A stretch of DNA of 63,765 nucleotides, filler included, from Salisapilia sapeloensis CBS 127946 (Eukaryota; Protista; Oomycota): the NCBI GenBank assembly GCA_023334545.1. It is 5 parts of 5 records of this genome, joined end to end, with 100 filler letters (N's around TTAATTAATTAA, not from the genome) between each part and the next. Parts side by side here need not be neighbours in the genome. Positions count along the whole stretch, not along the records: positions 15,285 to 30,527 come from JAADVB010000372.1; 4 more parts are not named here. The stretch is one strand, 5' to 3'. The notes below the pieces were generated by a model. The model was not told the DNA's origin. It did no database searches and worked only from the letters and a program-made list of their open reading frames with translations. This document shows, piece by piece, positions 20,558-29,690 of this stretch. A program made the position numbers and the translations under genes. Positions within the stretch are counted from its first letter, which is position 1, and each line of letters begins with the position of its first letter.

Positions 20558-23344
20558 CTAAATCCAGACGCCGTCATCCTCCTCCTCTTCCGAGCCGTCC
20601 GAGTCCGAGTCCGAGTCGTCGTCCGCCGGATGGAGCTTGTCCACCATGGACGCACGCTCGTCCTGCTGCGTCGTTAGCTTCTTGAACAAGTTGATCTGGT
20701 CCATGCTCAACCCGTCGTCTTCGTCCTCTTCTTCATCGTCGCCCGTCATCAGCATCGACATACGCGCGCGTTCGATCACGTTGTGCGCCTGGTCCAGCTG
20801 CTTGGCCATCATAAAGTTCTTTTCCTCCAAATCGCGCAAAGTCTTCTCGTCCGTATCGCTGTACTCGACGCTGTCTTCGGCCTCCGCCTCTTCGTCTACG
20901 TCGTCATACTCGTTCGCCTGACTATTTGTCTCATTCGGATGACTTGAAGGAGACACAACGTCCTTATCACTCGTAGGCGACAAGACAGGCTCCTCTTCGC
21001 TATCCTTGGACAGGTCGTCTTCCGAAGGCAGTTCCACCTCCATCTTGCTCTCGTCCAGCGCCAAGGCCTTTGGAGACGGCGACCCTCGGTCCGACATGGT
21101 CGGAGAGCTACTGCTGACTGCACTCGGGGAGCTCTGCAACGTCCGTTCCCGATGCGCACTCAGTTTCTGCGCCAAAGTTGCCCTGCCTTCGGCACGTGCC
21201 AACTCCTCTTCATTCCGCAGCGCTTCGAGGAACTGCTCATCTCCCAGTCTCGCACGCCGCCTCCTCTCGGTCGTGGACGATCCGCTCTTCTGGGACGACG
21301 ACAGCGCCGCCATCGTCCGCATCCGTTCCAGCTCCTGCACCTTTTTCTCCGCTTCCTTCTCCTCTTTCTCTTCCTTCTCTTCCATCGTCTCTACTTCTGG
21401 TGTCTCGTGCACTTCCGGCACGTCTTGCACCTCCACTGGAACTTCTTCCACTACAATAGGAGGCTCATCCTCCGCTGCTGCTGGTTCCTCCACCGCTGGT
21501 ACTTCTTCCTCCATCGCTGGTGCTTCTTCCTCCACCGCTGGTGACTCTGGCTCCACCGCTGGTGCTTCTTCCTGGACTGGTGCTTCCTCCTCAATCGTCT
21601 CTGGCGCCTGGTACGAAGCATTCAAAAAGTCGTCCCAGCAGTCTTCGCAGTAGAACTGTCCGTCGCTCGGGTCCTTCTCCAGCTTGGACTCCTTCTCCGT
21701 CGCGCCACACCCGGCGCAGTACTTGGTCGTCGGGACCACAACGTCAATGTTCCCGACGCTCTTCAAGTCATCCAGCAGCTCCTGCTGATCCGCCGGTACG
21801 TCAAAGTTCATCGGAATGACCTCCAAGTCGCTATAACTCTTCCGCAAATCCGAGATCTTGTCGCTCAGCTCCGCGATCAGACTGTTCTGCTTGTTCACGA
21901 CCGTGTCCTCCTTGCCGTTGAGCGCAGGCGCGAGCACGCGCTCCTTCTCCTGCCCAGCCAGCTTCTGCTCGTACTTAGCTGCCTGCAGCTTCATGTTCTT
22001 CAGCGCCTCTTCCAGCACCTTTGCCTCCGCCTCAATACGTGCCTTTTCTTCCTTGGCGTTCATACCTTCCTGCTTCGTGTCGGCTTGAGAGGAGATCGTG
22101 CGCTTCGCCTCCACACGTAATAAATGCGCCTCCTTGGTCCCATCTTCAATGTCCGCCACTGCGACACCAGCAAACGTCGCTTCTTCTAATGGAAGACCTT
22201 GAGACGCTGCCACGAGCTGCTTGGCGACCTTTAGCGGGATACGCGTCCTCCGCTTCTTCTTGTCTGTCGATCGATCCTTCCCGCTTTTACTTTCTCCAGA
22301 CGACGGACGAGACCGAGACCGACGCTCCGGGTCTCGTCCAGACGTCCGATCGCTCGACACTGCTGTACTCGCCTTGCGCCGACTGCGACCAGGCTGAAAG
22401 CGTAGGACGGCTGGCTTTGGAGCGTGCTTGAGCGTCCGCAGCGTGTCCTGATACGCCTCGCCTTCTACCGGACTCCCATTGACGCTCAAGAGCTCGTCAC
22501 CAATGTTCGCATACTGCAGCCCCGAAGCGTTGCCTTTACCCGTAAGCTTCGAGAGGACCGGCACATCCTTTGGACCTGGCTTGAGCTTGAGCCCCAAGTC
22601 TCCTTCTCGCCACACAATGTCGTAGGCGCCAGAAGATTTTTTCTCGTCACCTGATCGACTGCTCATGGTCGACTCGTTCGTCCTCCGACGAGACGGACGG
22701 CGGAACATGCGCTTAAACTTGAGCACGGCTGGCTTTCGAATGCTTTTTAAAAGCGAGATGGTGCCTCGGAAACCCAGGCTCTTCGTCTCCTGTCCATTCA
22801 CAGCGACTAGAATGTCACCCACGCGAGCGTTGTCGATGCCTGTGCCGCCTCCTTTGCCCGTGATCTTTCGAATGCACGGGACATGACAGTCTTCGTCATC
22901 TGGCCGGAGGATCATGCCCAATGGTCCATCGACCCAGACAATCTGATACTGCTCCTTTCGACTCGACCGAGACGACGCACTGGCTGTGCTGGCCGTCTCT
23001 GACACGGACGAGGAGGATGCACCGAACTTTGTGGAGTTGGTGGAGCTCCGCATCGAGTCCTTGCGACTTAATAGACTCGACGACGAGCCTGCTCGCGGGA
23101 CTCGGAAGCGAAGGATAGCCGGTCGAGAGACCGTCTGCAGTGTCTTGACGACCTGGTCATACCCGAGTCGAGTAGTACTGCGGTTATTGATACTGACAAG
23201 CATGTGGCCGACGGCGACGTTGGCGACGGCGGCGGCCGAGTCCTGTCGAGTGATTCGGCCGACGACGGGCGGCATGTCTTCGCCCAGGTCGGGCCTCAAG
23301 GTCACACCTAGAGGTCCGTCTCCCCATTCGACCTCATACTCCAT
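20558..23344 (-). CDS. Triple-PDZ scaffold protein with coiled coil, C4 zinc finger and acidic C-terminus, 928 aa
   Basis: Three PDZ repeats (GPLGVTL, GPLGMIL, GDLGLKL, each followed by G[HD]xLxxxNG/NN and RP/KPAxLxF); CAGC-x17-CEDC; acidic tail ending DDGVWI*. Confidence 0.88.
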   Translation of the reverse strand: MEYEVEWGDGPLGVTLRPDLGEDMPPVVGRITRQDSAAAVANVAVGHMLVSINNRSTTRLGYDQVVKTLQTVSRPAILRFRVPRAGSSSSLLSRKDSMRSSTNSTKFGASSSSVSETASTASASSRSSRKEQYQIVWVDGPLGMILRPDDEDCHVPCIRKITGKGGGTGIDNARVGDILVAVNGQETKSLGFRGTISLLKSIRKPAVLKFKRMFRRPSRRRTNESTMSSRSGDEKKSSGAYDIVWREGDLGLKLKPGPKDVPVLSKLTGKGNASGLQYANIGDELLSVNGSPVEGEAYQDTLRTLKHAPKPAVLRFQPGRSRRKASTAVSSDRTSGRDPERRSRSRPSSGESKSGKDRSTDKKKRRTRIPLKVAKQLVAASQGLPLEEATFAGVAVADIEDGTKEAHLLRVEAKRTISSQADTKQEGMNAKEEKARIEAEAKVLEEALKNMKLQAAKYEQKLAGQEKERVLAPALNGKEDTVVNKQNSLIAELSDKISDLRKSYSDLEVIPMNFDVPADQQELLDDLKSVGNIDVVVPTTKYCAGCGATEKESKLEKDPSDGQFYCEDCWDDFLNASYQAPETIEEEAPVQEEAPAVEPESPAVEEEAPAMEEEVPAVEEPAAAEDEPPIVVEEVPVEVQDVPEVHETPEVETMEEKEEKEEKEAEKKVQELERMRTMAALSSSQKSGSSTTERRRRARLGDEQFLEALRNEEELARAEGRATLAQKLSAHRERTLQSSPSAVSSSSPTMSDRGSPSPKALALDESKMEVELPSEDDLSKDSEEEPVLSPTSDKDVVSPSSHPNETNSQANEYDDVDEEAEAEDSVEYSDTDEKTLRDLEEKNFMMAKQLDQAHNVIERARMSMLMTGDDEEEDEDDGLSMDQINLFKKLTTQQDERASMVDKLHPADDDSDSDSDGSEEEEDDGVWI
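21464..21592. repeat. Degenerate 21-bp coding tandem repeat (EEAPAVE-like heptads)
   Basis: Units such as ttcctccaccgctggtacttc, ttcctccatcgctggtgcttc and ttcctccaccgctggtgactc start at 21485, 21506, 21527 and 21548. Confidence 0.85.
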
Positions 23345-23849
23345 GACTAGCTAGTATAGAACGAACGAGATGGAGGAAGGAGGGAGCTCGCTTTATTCCT
23401 TCTTGAGTTGTCTCCTCTTGCACGCCGGACTTGCTTGGGGTAACGGCGGACGTCTCGTTGGCGGAAAATAGAGACACGCAGGACGCCAATTGGTGGAAAC
23501 GAGGGAGAGTCGGTCCCGTTACGAACTGCGATCGAGCTACCAGTTACGATCACGTACGTTGACAGACCTGGCGGCCGATCCGAGGGTTCATCTGAGAGTG
23601 CAACTAGCTACTCGCATGCATTGCTACTTTATTAAACGTCCATCACGACAGTAATGAGAGATAGGGCATTGCATACTTTCGATCTTATGAATCTTGTCAG
23701 CCATCACATCCTGTAAGTTAGCACTCCTGTATGATCTCCTCCGCCATACAAACCAAGTCAGATTCGACCTGCCGTGTTTACTAGACGCACATCCCCTTCC
23801 CACCCTCCCACTCTCCATCCGACAAGCATCACATCCGAAACGTGGCAGC

Positions 23850-25097
23850 ATGCGACTCCTTTCGCAGCCTCTCCTGCTGCTCTCACTCGCGCTCACGGTC
23901 CTAACGGCCCACGCAGTGCGACTGGACCATCGGTCGTTTGGGCCTCCCTTCAATCGAGTCGACGACAAGGACCGACGCATATTAAATGACTCGTGGATCT
24001 ACGGTGGCAACACCAATGTCAAACAGAACTTTGCGCGTCTTACGACCGATCGGCAAAGTAAACGCGGGTTTATCTGGTCGCGTGAACGAGTCGAGTCCGA
24101 TACACTCACGGCCATCCTCACCTTTCGTATCTCTGGCCAGGGCAAGTCGTGGTTCGGAGATGGCCTGGCACTGTGGCTCATCGACCGCAAGACGTACGTC
24201 CGAGGTCCCAACCATGGACTATCCGACAAGTACACTGGCATGGGTGTTATTGTCGACACCTTCCGCAACCAGGAGCATAAAGGTGGCCATAAAGACGTGA
24301 GCGTCCAGTGGAACGACGGCACCAAGGTCATGGACGACCTCACGGCGGAGCAAAAGGAAGGATGTGACGCTGCCATGCGATACCACGAACGCAGTGCGTC
24401 CTTCGATCCGGTCTTTAGCATGTCTAGACTCAAGCTCAAGATCGACGGGACGCGCGTGAGCGTCGAAGTGGACCCCGACGCCTCTGGCAAGTGGGTCCAG
24501 TGTGTCGACACGATAATCCCCTTACCAACCGACTGGTTGCAGTCTAGTACCATGGGCCTCACTGCCTCCACAGGGGCTTTGGCAGACAACCACGACGTCA
24601 TTAGCCTCGACCTATTCTCAGAATATGACGATCCGGACGTGAAAAAGCTCCGGAACGAAGTTTACAAGGACGTGAGTCCGAGAGGACTGACCCAGTGGTT
24701 GGAGCTGCCCAACTGCGGGACGTCCTGTATGATTGACATTTTGAAGAAAGAGATGAATAGCTTCCGGATTAGTGCCGAGCATCGGTTCACGGACTTGCAG
24801 GAGAAGACGGGGAACATGGTCGAGAAGCTCAAACGACGGGAGAATGAGAACGAACGGAGGGTGCGTTCGATCGAAAATAAGCTGAACAAGAAGGTCGATG
24901 CGGTCTTGGACGAAAGCGACAGTGACCTGGAAGTTGAAGTCGGCGCTCGTATCGCGAAGCAGTTGGAGGAGAACCCCGACATTACCGGAGGTGGCGGATG
25001 GAAGATGCCGTTCTTCTTTCTCTTTGCTATCCTCGCTGGCGTCGCATTCTTTGTCTACCGCAAGTACACGGCGTTAATGAAGTCGCATCTGCTCTAA
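23850..25097 (+). CDS. L-type lectin cargo receptor (ERGIC-53/VIP36/Emp47 family), paralog 1
   Basis: Signal peptide MRLLSQPLLLLSLALTVLTAHA from ATG 23850; FGDGLALW, VIVDTFRN and ASTGALADNHDV; CxxxC plus coiled-coil stalk; TM helix; tail KSHLL*. Confidence 0.92.
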   Translation: MRLLSQPLLLLSLALTVLTAHAVRLDHRSFGPPFNRVDDKDRRILNDSWIYGGNTNVKQNFARLTTDRQSKRGFIWSRERVESDTLTAILTFRISGQGKSWFGDGLALWLIDRKTYVRGPNHGLSDKYTGMGVIVDTFRNQEHKGGHKDVSVQWNDGTKVMDDLTAEQKEGCDAAMRYHERSASFDPVFSMSRLKLKIDGTRVSVEVDPDASGKWVQCVDTIIPLPTDWLQSSTMGLTASTGALADNHDVISLDLFSEYDDPDVKKLRNEVYKDVSPRGLTQWLELPNCGTSCMIDILKKEMNSFRISAEHRFTDLQEKTGNMVEKLKRRENENERRVRSIENKLNKKVDAVLDESDSDLEVEVGARIAKQLEENPDITGGGGWKMPFFFLFAILAGVAFFVYRKYTALMKSHLL

Positions 25098-25266
25098 GCG
25101 CTTCAAAAGAATTTTCGGTCCCAAAATCTTTTCTTTTGACTATATATCGTATGATTGGTGGATTCGGTTTGAGTCTATTGGTGATTGGTGCAGCGTGTGC
25201 ATACTTTGTTGAAGTGCTCATCGACATGACCGTCGTCCATACTAATAATCGGCACGTGGCAGATCC

Positions 25267-26502
25267 ATGACTCGGCTAGTACTCGTGCTGCTAGCGTTGC
25301 TGGCTTTTACGAATGCCTTTGCTCGAGAGATGCCGCATTTGACGTTCCGAGAAACGTATGATGAAGTAGACAATAAGGGCAATCGGATGGTCAATAGTGC
25401 ATTCACGTACGGCGGATCGACCGAAGTCAAGCGGAATTTCATTCGACTGACGCCAGATCGTCAGAGCAAAAGTGGATATGTGTGGAGCAAAGACCGTGTG
25501 GGTCGTCGAGAGCTCGTCATCGACCTTGCGTTCCGCATCTCTGGTCAGGGCAAGCGCTGGTTTGGCGACGGACTCGCCTTGTGGCTGACGCACGCAGACA
25601 AGTATCAGGAAGGTGGGAACCACGGCTTTGCTGAAAAGTACTATGGCATCGGCGTCATCCTCGATACGTTCAAGAACACGAATCACAAGGGAGGTCACAA
25701 GGACGTGACGCTGCAAATCAATGACGGCACCAAGACCTTGGACGTTATTAACGAAGAGGAGAAGATCGGATGCGACGCTGCCTTCCGCTTCCACGCTAAC
25801 TCAGCGTCATTCGATCCAGCCTATAGCTCCAGTCGTCTTCGATTAAAAATCAACGGCAAGGAATTGAGTCTAGAAATCGATCCAAAGAGCCAAGGTTCGT
25901 GGGAAAAGTGCTACATGGGCACGCTTCCGTTCCCTCCGAACTGGCTGAACAAGGCCACTGTCGGTGTGACTGCATCCACGGGCTCCTTGGCCGACAACCA
26001 TGATGTCATCAAGATGGTGGCGTACGAAAACGCCGTGGCGCAGGGACTTCGGGAAGACGATGCAAGCGTCTGGACACACGTTGCGTCCAAAGACTTTACA
26101 GAGATCATGGACCGACCTGGATGTAACGACGTGTGCATGGTGGAGGCGTTGGAGACGTTTGTCAAGAACTTCCAAGTCACAACGGAGCACTGGTTGGAAG
26201 ACTTGAAAGAGAAGACGAAGACGGCGGTGGCGAAACTAAAGGAAAAGGAAGAGATGAACCAGGAAAAGATCAACCAGCTCATGGACCGCATTGGGAAGAA
26301 GGTGGACACAAAGGTCGGGAAGAAAATGGCCGATGTCCAGAGCAAAGTGGACTCGAAGATCGCAGAGGATGTCGAAGGCGAAGTCCGATCAGCACAAAGT
26401 AGCTGGCGACTACCCTTCTTCTTCCTGTTGCTGGCGTTAGGTGGTGCCGGTACGTTTGCCTACCGCAAGTACCAGCGCCTTGTTAAGAGCCATCTCTTCT
26501 AA
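25267..26502 (+). CDS. L-type lectin cargo receptor (ERGIC-53/VIP36/Emp47 family), paralog 2
   Basis: Signal peptide; FGDGLALW, VILDTFKN and ASTGSLADNHDV; CxxxC plus coiled coil; TM helix; tail KSHLF*. Confidence 0.92.
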   Translation: MTRLVLVLLALLAFTNAFAREMPHLTFRETYDEVDNKGNRMVNSAFTYGGSTEVKRNFIRLTPDRQSKSGYVWSKDRVGRRELVIDLAFRISGQGKRWFGDGLALWLTHADKYQEGGNHGFAEKYYGIGVILDTFKNTNHKGGHKDVTLQINDGTKTLDVINEEEKIGCDAAFRFHANSASFDPAYSSSRLRLKINGKELSLEIDPKSQGSWEKCYMGTLPFPPNWLNKATVGVTASTGSLADNHDVIKMVAYENAVAQGLREDDASVWTHVASKDFTEIMDRPGCNDVCMVEALETFVKNFQVTTEHWLEDLKEKTKTAVAKLKEKEEMNQEKINQLMDRIGKKVDTKVGKKMADVQSKVDSKIAEDVEGEVRSAQSSWRLPFFFLLLALGGAGTFAYRKYQRLVKSHLF

Positions 26503-26643
26503 CTTCAATGAAATGACCTTCATCCTGATCTTTATTCCATCCCGTTGATGACGCAATATAGGTGATCTGTAGGAAGGTTATAGGTAGGACAGGACGTCAA
26601 CTTGTCGGACAAGAGACAGAGGATCGAAGCTACCAAAATAAGA

Positions 26644-28077
26644 ATGGGCAAAGGCGTCGCGCTGACCTTGCTCGTGGCGCTCGTGGCGCTCTACTTTGGC
26701 TTGTGGGGAGACTTGGACGCATCCACGAGTCTCACGTATACCCATCGGTCCTTGTCAGACCTCGCGACGGGCGCTAAACACGTGACAATATATAAAAATG
26801 GGTTTTCCACGGGCGGCGTCGAGATAGAGCTCAACCCGAAGTTGTCCGGGAAGGACGGCGAGGAGTTAGCCAAGTACCTTTCGCAGTTCGTTCAGGTCGA
26901 AACGCTCAAGACGAATGCGACCAACCCTATGGCTGACCGCGTCTTTAACGGTGCTGGTCGACGCATCGATTCGTTCGACTCGATCCAGTCCAACGACAAG
27001 CTGTACCTGGTTGCGCCCGGTCTTCACTTTGTCTATCCGTTCATTCATCTTGGCCACAAAGTGTATCTGCATCCAGAGGACAGTCCGACGGACCAACCGG
27101 TCGTTCTTGAATCTCTCTCCGAGTCCCCACGTACGTTCAAAGTGCATCATTTTCTATCGGAAGAAGAAGCAGATAGGCTCGTGAAGCGCATTTTGGAGAT
27201 TGACGATGACGACAATAAGTTACAACGGTCTCGGGTTGGCCATGGCAAGGGAGATCGTCGAGAATCCAACATTCGTACGAGCGAGAACGCCTTTGACACG
27301 ACCTCTCCGGCCGCCGTAGCTATTCGGAAGCGTGTGTTTGATGTCCTTGGTCTTGGAGACTACAAGCCAGACATGTGCGACGGCCTCCAACTCCTTCGTT
27401 ACCAACAGCGGCAAGCATATATCGCACATAATGACTACTTTGGTGTGAATTCGAGTAAAGACAATTGGAATTTTGACCCGTCTACAGGTGGCTCCAACCG
27501 CTTCGCAACTGTCTTCCTCTACCTTTCGGACGTGGACAAGGGTGGTCAGACAGTCTTCCCATACGCGGAAATGCCGGAAGGGCATGCGCATCCGGTGGAG
27601 GCAACTGCATATGAAGAGACCGCCAAGGAGCTGTTCGAGAGCTCCAGTTGGGAGTACGACATGGTCCAGAAATGCTACTCCAAGCTAGCGTCCTACCCGA
27701 AGAAGGCGAACGCCATCCTATTCTACAGCCAGAAGCCGAATGGAGAGCTCGACCCTCGCTCATTCCATGGCGGATGCCCTGTCCTGGAAGGCACCAAGTG
27801 GGCTGCCAACCTCTGGGTGTGGAACAAGCGGCGCTATGGCCTGGACCAGAACAAGAAAGACAAATTTGAACTGGTCTTTAAGAACACCAGTCCCCGCCCA
27901 GTCGATCTGTTCTGGTCGTCTACGAAAATGATCACACTCAATGCTGGAGAGGACATCCAATACACGACGTACCACGGTCACAAGTGGAGAATCATGGATG
28001 GCGACAAGGAGTTAATGACGTATGTTGGTGATTTCAACAAAGGAGACCATCAGGAGATACTTGTACCACTCGAGTAA
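26644..28077 (+). CDS. Prolyl 4-hydroxylase (2OG-Fe(II) dioxygenase) with signal anchor, DCX-like N-domain and VHL-like C-domain
   Basis: Hydrophobic N-terminus from ATG 26644; HFLSEEEA, IRTS, LQLLRYQ, HND (HxD), RFATVFLYLSDVDKGGQTVFP and HGGCPVLEGTKWAANLW are P4H motifs. Confidence 0.9.
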   Translation: MGKGVALTLLVALVALYFGLWGDLDASTSLTYTHRSLSDLATGAKHVTIYKNGFSTGGVEIELNPKLSGKDGEELAKYLSQFVQVETLKTNATNPMADRVFNGAGRRIDSFDSIQSNDKLYLVAPGLHFVYPFIHLGHKVYLHPEDSPTDQPVVLESLSESPRTFKVHHFLSEEEADRLVKRILEIDDDDNKLQRSRVGHGKGDRRESNIRTSENAFDTTSPAAVAIRKRVFDVLGLGDYKPDMCDGLQLLRYQQRQAYIAHNDYFGVNSSKDNWNFDPSTGGSNRFATVFLYLSDVDKGGQTVFPYAEMPEGHAHPVEATAYEETAKELFESSSWEYDMVQKCYSKLASYPKKANAILFYSQKPNGELDPRSFHGGCPVLEGTKWAANLWVWNKRRYGLDQNKKDKFELVFKNTSPRPVDLFWSSTKMITLNAGEDIQYTTYHGHKWRIMDGDKELMTYVGDFNKGDHQEILVPLE

Positions 28078-28084
28078 GACAAAA

Positions 28085-28842
28085 TCAATTCGTTTTCTGC
28101 TTTTTACGACCAGAAAAAACGTTGGATAAAAGCGTGTGTTCCGTTGTAGACGTCTTCGAGGCAGGTTCTTTCTGGGCAAAACTGCGCCGGACGACAGGAC
28201 TGTCCGACGGTTCCTTTCGCTTCCGTTCGTCCATCTTGGAAAACTGTTTGGATTGCTGCACCCGGTCTAAATATGCCTCGTTCTCTTTCTTCGTCTGAGC
28301 GATCTCCATTCTCAACTTTTGCGATCGAATGCGCTGCTCGTAAGCTACAAAACATGATGAATGACGCACAAGAGAGCTGGTGGTACAAAATGACGTACCG
28401 ATCTTTTCTGTCAGGTGGTCCCACTTGAATCCACTGAGGTACTTGAGGTTCCACAGGTCTTCCCGATACCTGTCTTTCTTCTTGCCACCAATCGGCCGGG
28501 CGTTTAGCATCTTGGCAACGCGTTTCGCCACCTTTTTGTCAGCAAATTCAATCCAACCTTCCGTGAAATTCGTCCGACGGTTGCCTCCAGCCGCCACTCG
28601 CTTCTTGTGCTGCGCTTTGTCTTCCGGGACGAGGTAAATGCGCTCTACCTCGCCGTAAGCCGACAATAAGCTCCTCACCTTTTCAGGCTTCATGAACGGA
28701 GGCACACGACTTAAATAGACCTGGAATTATACATAATTATTTAGCTACTAGACCGAACTATCTGCTAAAGAGCAGTGCATACTACACCACGCCGCTGTGC
28801 CTGCTTCTCCAATGCCTCGAGCTTGTCCTTATTCACGTCCAT
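28085..28842 (-). CDS. ESF2: Pre-rRNA-processing RRM protein Esf2/ABT1, 3 exons
   Basis: [52 protein letters not shown]; introns 28721-28782 and 28345-28398. Confidence 0.92.
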
Positions 28843-28986
28843 TTCTTTTTCTAGTTGCTCGTATCACTGCCAATTGAACCACTTATGTGCCATGAACCAA
28901 TAATGTACCAATGAGTGCAAATATGCTTGATTGAAAATCCTAAATAACGCCTCGTCTCATTTGTCTACATACAAATGCAAAGCTTT

Positions 28987-29690
28987 TCATGTGAACATTT
29001 GCACAAAGTAGTTCGGATCGCTCGGTAGCTCTACCGAGATGCTGCTTGCCGACAAGGCGTTCGGAGTCTCTAGTGAATGGGTGCTCCATAACTCTGGTAT
29101 TTGCATGTCGGACGGGTCAAATGCAGCAAATAATTCGTCCAAATTGGAGGAAAGCTCCTTGATAGGCTCCGTCTCTTCATTCTTTATTGACGCGAAGTCG
29201 GAAGTAGTAGACCACGCCGAAATGGTCTCATCTGTGTCTGAAGGTGCAGAAGATTTAGACGTGGCCTCATCCGAGTCATTTTTATCATCCTCTTCGTCCT
29301 CTTCATCCGTACTGTGCGTCTTGTGGGTCTTTGCACCGTGACGGAGACCACGCATGTGCCTCTCGTGCTTTTGGCGGTACTTTTGTGCATGTGTCTACAT
29401 GATAAGGTTAGAACATTTCTCATCGGAGTTATTGACATAAAAGTTCGTACCATCGATTGTCTCGCGTTCTTCGTTCCAATGTATGCAGCAACTCGTTTCC
29501 ACGGTCCAGAGGGAAACAGCTCCATGGCCTCCAGAAACTTTGCATGCTCGGATGCTGTCCACTGCTGCCCCTTGTTGAATTTGCTGTTGCCACTTGCTTT
29601 CTTCACACGCCGACGTCGGATTTTAGGAGCCGTAGCATGGGTTGGCACTGCCTCAATAATCTCACTGTATACGCGAGACGTGATTGTCAT
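28987..29690 (-). CDS. Single-repeat Myb transcription factor (SHAQKYF class, THAQKYRQK variant), 2 exons
   Basis: WTASEHAKFLEAMELFPSGPWKRVAAYIGTKNARQSM, intron 29395-29450, then THAQKYRQK and an acidic Ser-rich C-terminus. Confidence 0.9.

Noticed and set aside
21464-21592. Periodic repeat considered as a CRISPR array
   Set aside because: Contiguous degenerate 21-bp units without spacers, inside a eukaryotic CDS.
21006-21653. 215-aa Ser-rich + strand ORF opposite the PDZ gene
   Set aside because: Antisense mirror of Glu-rich codons (GAG/GAA read as CTC/TTC, shifted to Ser).
23694-23849. ORF-track N-terminal extension of lectin 1 (likewise 26602, 29765, 40456 and 52840 for other genes)
   Set aside because: These rest on non-ATG or upstream starts; downstream ATGs give proper signal peptides or family-typical N-termini.
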